Assembly (NCBI GenBank): GCA_951406725.2
Contig: OX597831.1
Coordinates: forward strand, 80,786,001 to 80,850,000
Direction of reading: 5' to 3'
Length of the DNA stretch: 64,000 bases
Source: Octopus vulgaris
Lineage: Eukaryota
Position numbers and translations under genes: made by a program. Below, in pieces: positions 41,883-54,722 of the stretch. Below the pieces are notes generated by a model that had not been told where the DNA came from, made no database searches, and saw only the letters and a program-made list of their open reading frames with translations. Every line of letters begins with the position of its first letter. Positions within the stretch are counted from its first letter, which is position 1.

Positions 41883-41918
41883 CAGTAGCGGTTTCAGTCA
41901 TTGAGACTTTTTCAACTG
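41883..41918 (-). ncRNA. variant HHR-like motif (UUGAAAA core)
   Basis: Minus strand CAG-TTGAAAA-AGTC-TCAAT-GACT-GAAA-CCGCT-A-CTG; stems I and II pair. Confidence 0.4.
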
Positions 41919-42028
41919 TAACGATTAAACAATTAAATTTAGAAAAATTAAAAGAAAAGTTTTTTTTTAAAGTATTGCTGTATACTGTTCAAATATAAGT
42001 GACATTTTCGTTATATGTATATATGTAA

Positions 42029-42078
<50 letters not shown>

Positions 42079-42251
42079 TATAGTCAGATATACCATACAT
42101 ACACATCTCTCTCTCTCTCTCTCACACTCACACATGCACACACTCACACATACATATGTAGCTATGCACGTGGATAAATCAGGTAGATACACTGATAGAC
42201 AAACAGACATAGAGATAGCTAAATAGATTGATAGACTAATAGATAGACAGC

Positions 42252-42329
<78 letters not shown>

Positions 42330-42466
42330 TTATTTAACATTATTAAATATTTAGGAAGCATTAGATAGCAATAAATTTTATACAACTTATACATACATGC
42401 ACACATACACATGCAAACAATGTGTCTGAGTGTGGGTGTGTATGTCCATATATATATATATATATA

Positions 42467-42520
<54 letters not shown>

Positions 42521-42571
42521 CACATGCATATAAATATATATATATATAATGTTTTCAATTATATATATATA

Positions 42572-42616
<45 letters not shown>

Positions 42617-43027
42617 GTACATGCATGGTTGCTAGTGTATACATATATATATACATATACATACACACATACAAAGTGTGTTCCAGAAGTTTTGAAATTT
42701 TTTCAGAAGATATATTTATTAATTCCAAATGAGTACGAAACTCTAATCACTCTCTCACACACACACACACACGATGGGCTTCTTTCAGTTTCCGTCAACC
42801 AAATCCATTCACAAGATTTTGGTCGGCCCGTCGCTATAGCATAAGATGCTTGCCCAAGGTGTCACGCAGTGGGAGTGAACCTGGAACCATGTGGTTGGAA
42901 AGCAGGCTTCTTACCACACTGCCACATCTGTGCCTGTCAGATTGTTAGATGTCTTGTAATGATAGGCTAAAATTGCAATAACCCAAGAATCTTCTCCCCA
43001 AAATTTCAAATGCTTCTGGGATGCACC

Positions 43028-43098
<71 letters not shown>

Positions 43099-43697
43099 TT
43101 ATTAGTAAAACATTTATTCTTCTAAATATTGATTTAGCCCTAGAATTTCTGAGAAATGTTTTCCAAAGTATTGAAGTAGCAAAACACTAAATTATGTGTT
43201 GATAGTGTAATATTTAGCAGAGTGACCTAGTGAGTAGAAGATGCATGGTTCAAATAGCATTCAAGACAACAATTATATTTTAGAAATTGTAAATACATAC
43301 ATATGTACACATATATATTTTTGAGTGTGAGTATATATACACACACACGCAAATATACATACACGTGTATACATAAATTTACAAATAATTTTGTTTATGT
43401 ATAATACATATATATACATACATATATTTACACATATATGTGTATAAATATATTTCCATACATATATAATGTAAATATATATATATGTGTGTGTGTGCAC
43501 TTATACACTAATATGTGTGTCTGTGTGTATGTATATATATATATGCACGTATTAATTGACACTCACTGACATATACACACACACATGTACATGTACATAT
43601 ACACACACCTAACTTTGTAACAAACTAGTAACGAGTTTTCATATCTGTGATTATTTGTACTTAAAAAGAAACACACTTTCATGCATATATATGTATA

Positions 43698-43728
<31 letters not shown>

Positions 43729-43966
43729 GTATATATATGTGTATATATATATATGTGTATATATATATGTGTATATATATGTATATATATATGTGTGTGT
43801 GTGTGTATATATATGTATATATATATTATACACGTATATATATGTATATATGTATATATATATATATACGTATATATATGTATATATATGTGTATCTGTA
43901 TATGTATATATATGCATATATATATATATATATTTATATACACGCACACATATCTATATACATATA

Positions 43967-44009
<43 letters not shown>

Positions 44010-44716
44010 ATAATTATATATATGTATATATCTATATACATAAATTTATGTGTAAATAGTTTTATAGTCCATAGAGTATCGAAGTTTTCCCAATCTAACT
44101 TTTAGGATGGACATCAAACAGAAACCAAAAATGACGAAACCTAATTGCATCCTGTGTTTATATCTGTGTTCATCAGTCAGGTGATCTGTGTAATTATTGA
44201 AGAATCCCACATGTATTCATGTCTAATATGACCACATGGAACCACATGTAAAAGTTAATAAGAAATATAATGCTGTAAGAAGGAAAATAAATAAATAAAT
44301 CTATGTATTTGAATTTTGCGTTTGTTTGCTTCTTTGTTCTTGTTGTTTTTGCAATAAAAGACACAACCGAAAATGGAACGTAGGCAGCCCTTTTTGCCCA
44401 CAAGTGTATGTCTCTGTTCATTTATTTATTCCTTTGTGGTTTCTTTCTCGTTTGAGTTTAGAATAAATTTCGACCAACCACCTGCTTGACAGAAAAAAGT
44501 TGTGAAAGAATTTGATTTAACGTAGGAGCAACGTGAAATAAAATGCTTAGGGGTGGGTGGCTGTGTGGTAAGTAGCTTGCTTACTAACCACATGGTTCCA
44601 AGTTCAGTCCCACTGTGTGGCACCTTGGGCGAGTGTCTTCTATAGCCTCAGGCCGACCAAAGCCTTGTGGGTGGCTTTGGTAGACAGAAACTGAAAGAAG
44701 CCCGTCATATATATGC

Positions 44717-44752
<36 letters not shown>

Positions 44753-45157
44753 TTTATATATTTGCGTGTGTGTATATGTTCGTGTGTCTGTGTCTGTCCC
44801 CCCAACATCGCTTGACAACCAATGCTGGTGTGTTTACATCCCCGTAATGTAGAGGTTCCGCAAAAGAGACTGATAGAATAAGTACTAGGCTTATGAAGAA
44901 TAAGTCCTGGGGTTGATTTGCTTGATAAGGACTGGATTGATATTATTTGAGATATATAGAAATATATTTCTATAGTTGGAGATTCTACTTAATTAATTAT
45001 TTTGTCTGTTATAATTTTGTTGTTTCTTCCTTTTTAATGTAATTGATATGTAGTTGAATGGCTAACGCCCACGCTCATAATACATAAGCATTTGAATTAA
45101 TTTTGTTATAATCCAGCAAATCTTTCACACAGAATTTCGTCTATCCACACAACAATT

Positions 45158-45237
45158 GCTCTGATGAGACTTATATATAGAGGAATTGAATAGTTTATAT
45201 ATCAAAAAATGTTTATAAGTCGAATCACACTGTTGGC
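45158..45237 (+). ncRNA. degenerate HHR-like motif
   Basis: GCT-CTGATGA-GACTTATA...TATAAGTC (perfect 8-bp stem II)-GAAT (A15.1 mutated)-CACACTGT-T-GGC. Confidence 0.5.
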
Positions 45238-45979
45238 TTTTTTGGTTTTCAAGTAATTGTTTGTTATATTATATTATATTCATAGTATATTATGTTATAA
45301 TATAAAAAGATTATTAGATTGTCATTTGTATATCTCTATTTAATTTATTGTTTGTATATGTATATATATGCATATACATATATGCTGTGTGGTAAGAAGC
45401 TTGCTTCCCAACCACATGGTTCCAGGTTCAGTCCCACCATGTGGCACCTTAGGTTAGTGTCTTCTGCCGTAGTCCCAGACCAACCAAAGCCTTGTAGGTG
45501 GATCTGGTAGATGGAAACTGAAAGAAGCCCATCGTGTGTGTGTGTTTATGTGTGTGTGTGAGTGTTTGTTCCTCCCCCACTGCTCAACAACCAGTGTTGG
45601 AGTGTTTACATTGCTGTAATATAGCGGTTCGGCAAAAAGGGACTGACAGAATAAGTACAAGGTTTAGTAAAAAATAAGTTCTAGGGTCGATTCATTCAAC
45701 TAAAAATTCTTCAAGATGGTGCCCCAGCATGGCCGCAGTCTAATGACTGAAAGAAGTAAAAGATAAACAAACATACATACGTGCATACACACACACAGTC
45801 GCCTATATAAACATATATGTACGCATGTGAAAACAGGCTCATTTGGTTTGTAGGTGGGATTTGGGGGATTGCAAAAAGCAAACAGGATGAATGGGTTTCC
45901 CTGTAAAGGGCAGGAACCAGATGCAGCACAAAGTATGGTGGTAACTATGAATGAAATGTGTAGGCTGTGTGTATATTAT

Positions 45980-46810
45980 TCCCTAGTTCAAAAAATCCAT
46001 TTGGCCATGTTACCTTAACGAAGTTTCTCGCTTTTTTAACTTCAGATAAACGCCTGGATCATGTGAGATTTTTTTTAAATGATCTTTTTTTCTGCCAAGC
46101 AAATTCTACATCACCAACTTCTGTTAAGGTATGTGTATCATCAAACTCCAGTTGATGTCATAAGATGTTGCTCCCTCCTTTTGTTAACATATTTATAAAC
46201 TTCTACTGAAAATTAATGCAAGTTTCATCCTTAGCACGCGAAACTACATCAGTGTAGAAAATTCGAAACAAAATTCGATGTATAAAGGATTTTGGAAAGA
46301 TCCTGCCAACCACTGTTACCATCATCATTCATAAGACTTTTGGAATATTTCAAAACATTTTCTTTGAGCAATTCTGAGTCGTTTTGGGATCTTTCTTGCT
46401 AAAACCTTTTCTGAAATGAAATTTGCTATGGAAGGTTACAGAATCACAACTAATTTGCATACTATTTAATACCCATCAATAGTAAGCATCTGGTTATTAT
46501 AACAGTTGCAGACTCTCTCAATGTTGTCTTCAGCCTGAGACAATGTCGGACGTCCGGATTCTTCACGATACGTGGACACCATTTGCGACTATTTTTGAAT
46601 ATTTCAATACATTCATAGACAGTCCATAGCAACAAAATATCGTCCATTAATTGTTCTGAAAGCCTTCGATAAATTTCTACCCCTGATATACCTTAACTCT
46701 ACAGAAAATAGATCAATTAACAAAGGTCGTTGTTGAATCACACAGAAAGTTGTGCAACAATTGCTTAATGTAACGACTGCAACTTAATAAGTATTTCAAG
46801 TTCATACATG
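45980..46810 (-). mobile_element. highly decayed mariner transposase remnant
   Basis: GISGVEIYRRLSEQ..TVYECIEIFKNSR, EESGRPTLSQAEDNIERV, KVLARKIPKRL, and a C-terminal-like FKKNL..SEVKKA..WPNGFFELG. Confidence 0.6.
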
Positions 46811-47469
46811 TTCTATAGTGACGAGAGAAAACGTGATAGTGGAGAGAGATAGACTGTGTCTAGCGATGCGCAGGCAATTTTCCCACCAATATATATAAAA
46901 AAAAACCCCTCTTAAGTGTAGTACACAAAATCAATGAAGCCCCGAATTAAGTCTCACACTGTTTCATTGATTTATCTCTAGTAACAAAACCTAAATACCC
47001 AAATAGCCTTGTTGCAAACAGCGGCTGTTTTCGGGGAATGTTGTAACATCTGAAGTTCGTTTTCTGCTGACTTTTATATTTTAACTTTATATCTTTTACT
47101 TATTTTAATCATTAGACTGCGGCAATGCTGGGGCATCCCCTTGAAGAATTTTTAGCTGAATGAATCGACCCCCACCCCACTCCAGTACTTTATTTTAAAG
47201 CCTGGTACTTATTCTATCGGTCTCTTTTAGCTGAACCGCTAAGTTATAAGGACGGAAAAACATGAACACCAGTTGTCAAGCTGTAGTGGGACAAACACAC
47301 ACACACTATATACATATAATGGACTTCTTTTAGTTTCCACTCACAAAGATTTGGCCAGCCTGTGGTTATAATGGAAAGACACTTGTCCAAGGTGCCACGC
47401 AGGGAGACTGAACCCAGAACTATGGGGTTGGGAAGCAAGCTTCTTACCACACAGCCATTCCTGTGCCTG

Positions 47470-48388
47470 GTGATTATTTATTTCTTTTTGTAACGTTCTG
47501 TTTGATTCTCTGTCTACAGACGTTGTTTGCTTGTTTATTTTATGTTTGTAGTGTTCCATGTTGTTAGATGTTGCGTATGATAGTTTTACTGTAAGCCTAT
47601 TGAATATACAATGGTATTTATGTGTTGTAGCAAAGCACCTATTTAATGCTGCAAGGAATTGCTTTCCTTTCTTGGATGATATTTGTAGTCCAAAAACTGG
47701 ATCATAGCATAGGACTTCTGAATTTTTGTATCATTTGTTTGGTTCCTTCAGCTTATTTTGCACATTGCTGTCATTTTGTGTGTCCACTTTCTTATTGATA
47801 TTCTTGTGGCTTACGTCTATTTTCCTCCTATCATTCTGTTGTTTCTTGAGTTTTTGTGTTGTTATTGCTATGCGTTTGTTGCTGTTGTTTTTATGCGTTT
47901 TGTGTGTATTCTACCTTAGGATCATTGACAGAGTGGCTGACCGGCTTCCGTGCCAGTGGCACTTAAAAGGCACCATTCGAGCGTGATCGTTACCAGCGTC
48001 GCCTTACTGGCACTTGACCCCCTTGCTAGAAGGGTGCTAAGAGCACCATCTGAGCGTGATCATTGCCAGAGCGGCTAACTGGCTTCCATGCCGGTGGCAC
48101 GTAAAAGACACCGATCGAGCGTGATCGTTACCAGCATTGCCTTACTGGTACCTGTGCCAGTGGCATGTGTTAAAGATTCGAGCGAGGTCGTTGCCAGTAC
48201 CGCCTGACTGGCCCCGTGCCGGTGGCCCGTAAAAGCACCCACTACACTCTCGGAGTGGTTGGCGTTAGGAAGGACATCCAGCAGTAGAAACTCTGCCAGA
48301 TCAAGATTGAAGCCTGGTGCAGCCATCTGGTTCGCCAGCCCTCAGTCAATCGTCCAACCCATGCTAGCATGGAATGCGGACGTTAAAC

Positions 48389-48419
<31 letters not shown>

Positions 48420-49430
48420 TGTGCTTGTTAGTACTATTTGGGGTTTCGTTAGGTGCGAATTCGATTTTTCTTTATACCTGACCCTAGCTAGTGCTTCCTT
48501 GAAGTATTGTGCATGTATGCTGGATATTGTCTCAGTGGTTGATAGTCATGATATTCTGGTGGCTGTGTTCCTAACTATTCCTTTGATTATGGATGGTTTG
48601 TGGCATGGTTCGTACAGGCCTGTTTCCAAGTTAAAAGTTGTATCTAGGATGATTGTCTTACGGTAATTACAGTCTACGATTATAGAGAGGCTGAAATTTC
48701 TAAATAATTTATGGAGTCTTTTATCTATATATTTCTATTTCGACTTTAGTACAGTTTTTGATTAGGAAAAGGGCATCGTCCTTGGGTAGCCCCTCCCCAC
48801 CAATATTTGTGGGAATTCAGATTTGATGGGAATAAGAGGTAGATTCCGATGATATCCGTTACCTGAGCTGAGTCAGTCGATCCCATTGTTATATCAAAAG
48901 AATTAGGTTTATCGGATCTCGTCCATAACTTGCTGTCGTAATTAATAACTGTTTGACAAGCCGTTAACATTTTGTCTTCATCTGACTTAGATAAGCTATA
49001 ATTTTTCATTGCGAATATCAATGCTTTATTTAATATTATAGAGTTAATTGTGGAGTAGTAGTAGTTCTCTATGTCTAATTGTATAAATTTGGAGTTGCTT
49101 TGTTTTTTTCTGTTTTCATAAACCATCCTATAACCCCTGATCGTCCGACCATAAAGCAAAGTCCATTCTTAGTTTTTAGTTCCGGCATTATTTTATCTTT
49201 GATGTTTTTACTTCTATGTCCAATTTCGATCGACATATCATCTTACTTTAGGGTCACCGTTGAAGTTATTTTCGTGGTCCTTGAGGTTTATCCTAGGTTT
49301 TCTTGGAGCATATAGTTCAGTCCTATCGTCCATCTCCAGGGTTTTTACTATTACCAATCCTTTGTTGCTTGTTTTAAGGGGTTGCTGGGTGAGCGTTTTG
49401 TATTTGCTAAGCATTTCATTTTTGACTAAA
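47470..49430 (-). mobile_element. decayed Penelope-like retroelement RT/thumb/linker region, interrupted by a SINE at about 47930-48419
   Basis: Motifs RINLKDHENNF, FIQLDIENYY, FDITMGSTDSAQVTDIIGIYLL, GGLPKDDAL (DD at about 48775-48780), TILDTTFNL, and beyond the SINE GKQFLAALNRCF..HKYHCIFNRLTVKLSYA. Frameshifts and stops present. Confidence 0.85.
47930..48419 (+). repeat. SINE-like family with internal tandem repeats and (GAT)n tail; other copies at 312-803, 5977-6175, 10813-10985, 34455-34711
   Basis: Shared ggcacgtaaaaagcacc units, ggttggcgttaggaagg.catccagc, caacccatgctagcatggaa.gcggacgttaaacgatgatg. Confidence 0.85.
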
Positions 49431-49528
49431 CTGAGGAGACACAACTAGATCTCATTATGCAAACAAACAGTTGCATAATCAAATACATGTATTCTTGGAG
49501 AACTACGGTGCGTCGAAACAATTGTAGT
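49431..49528 (+). ncRNA. HHR-like motif in an inverted terminal segment abutting the 5'-truncated PLE
   Basis: CTGAGGA-GAC...GTC-GAAA-CAATTGT-A-GT; palindromic stem III ACAATTGT; internal 9-bp hairpin ATTATGCAA/TTGCATAAT. The 5' strand of stem I is lost at the junction. Confidence 0.55.
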
Positions 49529-50111
49529 GAATAATAAATGCCCGACCGCACTCCTTCTTGACTCCATTTTCTTCATTTATATGTGTGTGTGTGTCTGTCT
49601 GTTTGCCCTCCACCCCCACTAACGCATGACAACCGATGTTGGTGTGTTTACGTCCTCGTAATTTAGCGGTTCGGAAAAAGAGACCGATAGAAGAAATACT
49701 AGGCTTACAAAGAATAAGTCCTGGGATCAATTTATTCGACTAAAAGGCGGTGCCCCAGCATAGCCGTAGTCAAATGCCTGAAACAATATTAAAAGAATAA
49801 AAGAATATATATATATGTGTGTGTGTGTGTGGTGTGTTGTGTATATGCAAGTATATAGATATGGATGTGTGTGTATATGTATGAATATGTGTGTGTGTGT
49901 GTATGCGCGTGCGTAGACAGACAGCTGACAGATACACAGAAGCAACACTACAAATCCAGCCACATGTGTCTTCGTTCCCCCATCCCGCCGACAACATCAA
50001 TCATCTTCGCATCAGCTGCTAATTTTGGCTGCCGAGGTTTGTCTCTGACCTCAATTTAGTTTCTAAAAGTACATTCGTGTGTGTAGGGTGGGGGAGGTGG
50101 ACGTAAAGACT

Positions 50112-50317
50112 GAAAAAGAAGTAATTTCTACTCTTCTCTTCTGGAAGCCATCTGCTCGCGATACCAGAGGGCGCACACTCTCCTACCCTGATGTAATCTC
50201 CAGGGATACAGGCATCCAGCAACAGGACCTCCGTAATGCCATGATGGACCGTGAAGTCTGGCGTAGCATGGTAAATTCCATTGTCTCGACCACGGTCGAA
50301 CAATGATGATGATGATG
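50112..50317 (+). mobile_element. second, shorter copy of the same RTE/RTEX-type LINE 3' end
   Basis: Near-identical to 15270-15467; (GAT)n tail. Confidence 0.8.
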
Positions 50318-51088
50318 AAAGACTACCCAGATTCTTATACAGATAAAGCATTTTTTGAAGTGGCGGTGTGAACGAAACCATAATAAACCATAATACTAAT
50401 AATAACAACCATTTTATGAAGTAAATAAGAACGAGCCTCCGGGTGTTGAAAAACGTATAATTTTGTTTTTTCAGTAAAAGCATGTCAACATAAGATTTTG
50501 TATATTAAAATAAATATACAAATTAACTTTTCTAGAACTGGTGTACTTTCGGCATCGGTCTACAGTGTCGACGTCATTCACTCTCTTTTTCAGTTTAACT
50601 TGTTTTTTATTTATGTCATGAGAGAAGGTTGGGTGGGTGAATGACGTCGTGTACCAATACCGAAGGATTGCCAATAAACTAACTACTGAGGTTCTAAATA
50701 AATGGTGTATTCACCAACTCATTCTATTGTAGCCTCGAGCAAATCAAGGCTCTGTGAATAGATTTGGCGGACGGAAACTGAAAGAATCCCATCGCACACG
50801 GGTGCGCGTGTACAGAGAGGGAGAGGGGGAGAGTGGTGAGTTGGTAAAATCGTTCACACCGGACAAAATGCTTAATATATTTCTTCTGGATCTTTACTTT
50901 CAGAGTTCAAATTTCGCCTTTCATCTTTCGGGGGTGGGAGGGGGGCGATAAAATAAGCACTAGTCGAGCACTGGAGTCGCTGTAATCGACTTCAGCTCTC
51001 CACTAAAATTGCTAGAATATGGAGACGTAAACAAACCAACAACGGCTGGAAGGCGAGGGTGGGTGGAAACAAACAGATACAAAGACAC

Positions 51089-51132
<44 letters not shown>

Positions 51133-51142
<10 letters not shown>

Positions 51143-52132
51143 TATGTTTTATTTATTAATTTGTTATTATATGACGGAACGCACGCATCCATTACTAAGT
51201 AAGTTTTTTCTTAATGTTAATAATGATGCGCACTCTTAACCTTTCTGTCCCCCTCCCTTTCTCAGCCTTCATCCTTTTTGGTTTCCTTTTCTGCTACCTT
51301 ACTGCCCCCCTCTCTCTCTCTATCTCTCATTCTTCATTCTTTCTGGTTTTCTCTACAACCATTCCCTTTTTTCTCTCCTTTCCTCTTGCTCCTCCTCCTC
51401 CCTCCCGTCGTTGACCCGCGACGAGAGCTCTGCTACTGTTTTCTGACCTGGCTTCCTTCAAGTGTAGCCGGCATTTCTGTGGCTCCTTCGCCGTTCTCAA
51501 AAATAGCGTTCGTAATATTTTATCTCGTTCGGCTTAACAGCCCTTCTTGTCTGTGTTACTGTTATTCTCCTTGTCCTGTCTTCTACTGTTTAAATAGTGT
51601 ACTGTCGTTACTGTCCTGTTTTTGTTACCATTTTTACCCCTCCGCAAAAAAATCTCAAATTTTATTTAATTTGCTTTTCGCGGGAAGGAATGTTTCATTA
51701 AAGTCATGTCTCGCCTTGACCTTCGAAACGTGGAGTGGATGAAACAAAGGCGGCTGAAGAAGGGGAATTTTTTTTTGTGCTGTATGTCCTGTACTCTATT
51801 TTTTCGTTGTTTAAGAAAAATGTCCATTTCCTTGGTTTTGTGTTTATGTTTCCGTTTCTCATAGTCTTCGACGTTTTTTTTGGTGTCCTGTACCCATATA
51901 TGCATGTATATATACATGTATATGTAGGTACGTACATATATGTATGTATATATGCATATGTTTTATTTATTAATTTGTTATTATATGACGGAACGCATGC
52001 ATCCATTTCTAAGTAGGTTTTTTCTTTATATATATATATAATTTTCTGCTGCTTTAAATAAAGCATATTACTCTACCACTGGTATTTGAGTACTCTTTTT
52101 TCCACCTTGTTTCACATTTATGTGTTTACTCC

Positions 52133-52135
<3 letters not shown>
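51133..52135 (+). mobile_element. probable non-autonomous PLE-like element with partial tandem duplication, bounded by (TA)n
   Basis: ~80-bp direct repeat (51133-51212 and 51947-52026, 3 mismatches); HHR half-motifs CTTCGAAACGT and CTGAAGAAGG at ~51721-51763. Confidence 0.5.
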
Positions 52136-52187
<52 letters not shown>

Positions 52188-52719
52188 CAAACACAGACGC
52201 ACAAACACACACACACACATATATATATGACGAGCTTCTTTTAGTTTCCGTCTACAAATCCACTCACAAGGCTTTGGTCGGCTCGAGGATATAGTAGAAG
52301 GCACTTGCCCAAGGTACTACGCAGTGGGGCTGAACCTGGAACCATGTGGTTGGTAAGTAAGATACTTACCAGACACTCTTTGTTAATATATACATACATA
52401 CATACATACATACACAGTCACACGCGACGGGCTTCTATATAGTTTCCGTCTACCGAATTCATTCACAAGGCATTGGTCAGCCCGGGGCTAGAGTAGAAGA
52501 CAGTTGTTTAAGGTGCTATAGAAAAAAATTCAGTTCATTTCATATTAGAAAGAGATCTGAACCAGTCAAGTGTAGAGCACAGCGAAACCTGCCTTTGTTA
52601 TGGTCCAATTTCCTTTCTAGATTTTGTCATTCAATTTCAGTAGAATTTACGGAGGATTAATGGAGGGTGTACGTCACAACGGCACTGCAAAATTTAGCTT
52701 TTGATCCTTATATATATAT

Positions 52720-53190
52720 AAATATAAAGTTAGATAGGGCTGGTTTATGGGATTACCCTGGGTTTCACGTCCATAGAGCGCTTAGCTTTATGGCGTATCA
52801 TCAGATCCCAAAACTTGTTGGCTTAAGGCCTCTTTAGAATATGAAGAAGGAAAGGACCTCGCTACTCAATGTCAACAACAGAGGATTGTCTCTCTTTGGC
52901 TATCGATCGAAAGTGACCCTATTATCTTATGGGCTCCAATAGGTCAGCAGGAATTTCTTGAAATACAAGCACGGTACGAAGACCTCCCTTCTGGAGGTAA
53001 GGATGATCCCCGGGTCGAGAGAATCCTTTAGAATCCTCGCTCGTGTTGCTATGCATAGTTTATGTAGGGGCCTTGGATTTCTAGGATTCTCCATTCTATT
53101 GTGCATGGAATCCAGTCTTCTTTCAGCTGCCATGCATGGCTGGCTAGTGACATAACGTATCTCCCTTATCGGTATCATGAAGGCGGATAT
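52720..53190 (-). mobile_element. Penelope-like element 3' fragment (C-terminal GIY-YIG-region remnant + terminal repeat with HHR)
   Basis: Two frames give SLASHAWQLKEDWIPCTIEWRILEIQGPY and KLCIATRARIL..PGIILTSRREVFVPCLYFKKFLL, matching the PLE endonuclease-tail pattern LS.YIW.LK..I.W.IL..PY..C.LC..EK..I..LN.R.E...C.H..KFLL. Flanked by (TA)n. Confidence 0.75.
52748..52810 (-). ncRNA. type I hammerhead ribozyme motif in a PLE 3' terminal region
   Basis: Minus strand: TGGGAT-CTGATGA-T-ACGCCATA...TATGGACGT-GAAA-CCCAGGGT-A-ATCCCA. Perfect 6-bp stem I, 8-bp stem II with one bulge, quasi-palindromic stem III ACCC(A)GGGT, GUA cleavage triplet. Confidence 0.8.
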
Positions 53191-53232
53191 ATATTATAGA
53201 CTTCTCTATAACTTAGACTTATGTTTTACCAA

Positions 53233-53265
<33 letters not shown>

Positions 53266-53267
<2 letters not shown>

Positions 53268-54523
53268 AGGCGGGGAAGCAAAACTTGGAATATTTTGGAA
53301 GCCTTATTTTTCATAAATTCCTGAGCGTAAATAGTAAAAATTTTAATTTTTTTTATTTTAAGGTTGAGGTACATAGAGTTACTTTAAGCAGACGTTCCAG
53401 TCATACGATCAAACATCTGCACTTGAAACCAAGGGACAATGCATTGCAGATTTGCTTCGTGCCAGGGTTGCAATTAGACGCATTGCTCAGACTGTTGGGG
53501 GCCTCCGTGAGCACTGTCCACAATGTTAAGAACCAAACGCTGGATATTGGAGGCATCAAGAGAAAGCAAGGAAGTGGAGGCATAGATAAAAAACAGGATA
53601 ATACATTTCTTAAATCTCTCGAAGCCAAACTTGCGAAAGACCCAACAACATCCAGGAAAAAACTGTCCATGGACATGAAAGTTGATCCAAAGACCATCAG
53701 AAATGCAGTACACACTAATTTATATTTGGGGGTCATACGTGAGGACCCCCGAAACACCTATTGACTCATGCAATGAAAGCCAAACGGCATGAAAGGGCGA
53801 AAAAAGTGTTATGATATCTGAAGCACAATGGAGAAACCGTCAAAGTTTTTTCAGATGAAAAAATCTTTACCGTCGACCCCGTTTTAAAACGTCGCAATGA
53901 TCGATACATTGATAGGTCTCCTTCCGAAATAAAGGGCGTCTTTAAGACCAAGCCTCCAGCTCAAGTCATGAAACTGGGAGTCGTGGCGTCTGACGGAAGA
54001 AGATGCCTCTCCATTTTTCAAGTCAGGGGAAAGGCGGGGGCTGACGTTTTTTATAAAGTCCTGCGGTATAAGGTTCTACCTTGGTTGAATTCCAACCGCC
54101 TCAGCGGTAATTTTGTGTGGACCCAAGTTGGTGCTCCTGCGGCAGAGAAAGTGCAGAAATTCTGCGAAGACAACTTCGTCGACTTTTGGCCTGCTAACCT
54201 CTGGCCTTCTTGAACACCCTGGGCTATGCCATATGGGGCAAATTGGAGCCTTCTATCAACAGAACTTCGCATCCATGTCTTGATCAATTTAAGCAAATCC
54301 CGAGGGGAAGAGTGGGACAACATGTCTGAGTACGTCATCATGGAGAGTTGTGACGCCTTCAGGCAGCGCGTGAAGGCTGTGGTGGACAATGAAGGCAGAC
54401 ATATTGAATAAATTATCTCTTTATACTCCTATAAACTTGTGTTAAAATCATATTTATGTCAGGTTGCTGTAATATAAATAATTTGATGAATTATCTATTA
54501 TCTTTCAAGTTTTGCTTCCACAC

Positions 54524-54527
<4 letters not shown>
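53266..54527 (+). mobile_element. full-length but inactivated Tc1/mariner-superfamily DNA transposon (DD37D/maT-like)
   Basis: Imperfect ~25-bp TIRs CAAGGCGGGGAAGCAAAACTTGGAA / CAGGGTGTGGAAGCAAAACTTGAAA. Transposase pieces FSDEKIFTVD, RRNDRY, KLGVVASDG, YKVLRYKVLPWL, VWTQVGAP, FWPANLWPS, with stops and frameshifts. Sits between (TA)n and (TG)n. Confidence 0.88.
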
Positions 54528-54586
<59 letters not shown>

Positions 54587-54685
54587 TAGAAGAAATGAGG
54601 TACTCAGAAATTCGGATGGTTTTATATTTACAGATATTTATTTGTATATTACATGTTTTTATACATCATATAACTTAGATCATGT

Positions 54686-54722
54686 ATTAGCGCTTTCTCC
54701 CATTCTAGTGGGGTTTTCAAAT
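54686..54722 (-). ncRNA. variant HHR-like motif (UUGAAAA core)
   Basis: Minus strand AT-TTGAAAA-C-CCCA-CTAGAA-TGGG-A-GAAA-GCGCT-A-AT; palindromic stem III AGCGCT. Confidence 0.4.

Larger units (their letters stand above)
35587..44050. repeat. microsatellite-dominated zone: (TA)n, (CA)n, (TATC)n, (CAT/CAC)n, (TAT)n; similar tracts occur throughout the window
   Basis: Direct inspection, e.g. (TCTA)n 38760-38948, (TA)n 42259-42326, (CA)n 43031-43092. Confidence 0.95.

Noticed and set aside
51721-51765. Complete permuted (type II) hammerhead
   Set aside because: GAAACGT precedes CTGAAGA but I could not form convincing stems I and III or an NUH triplet; kept only as half-motifs.
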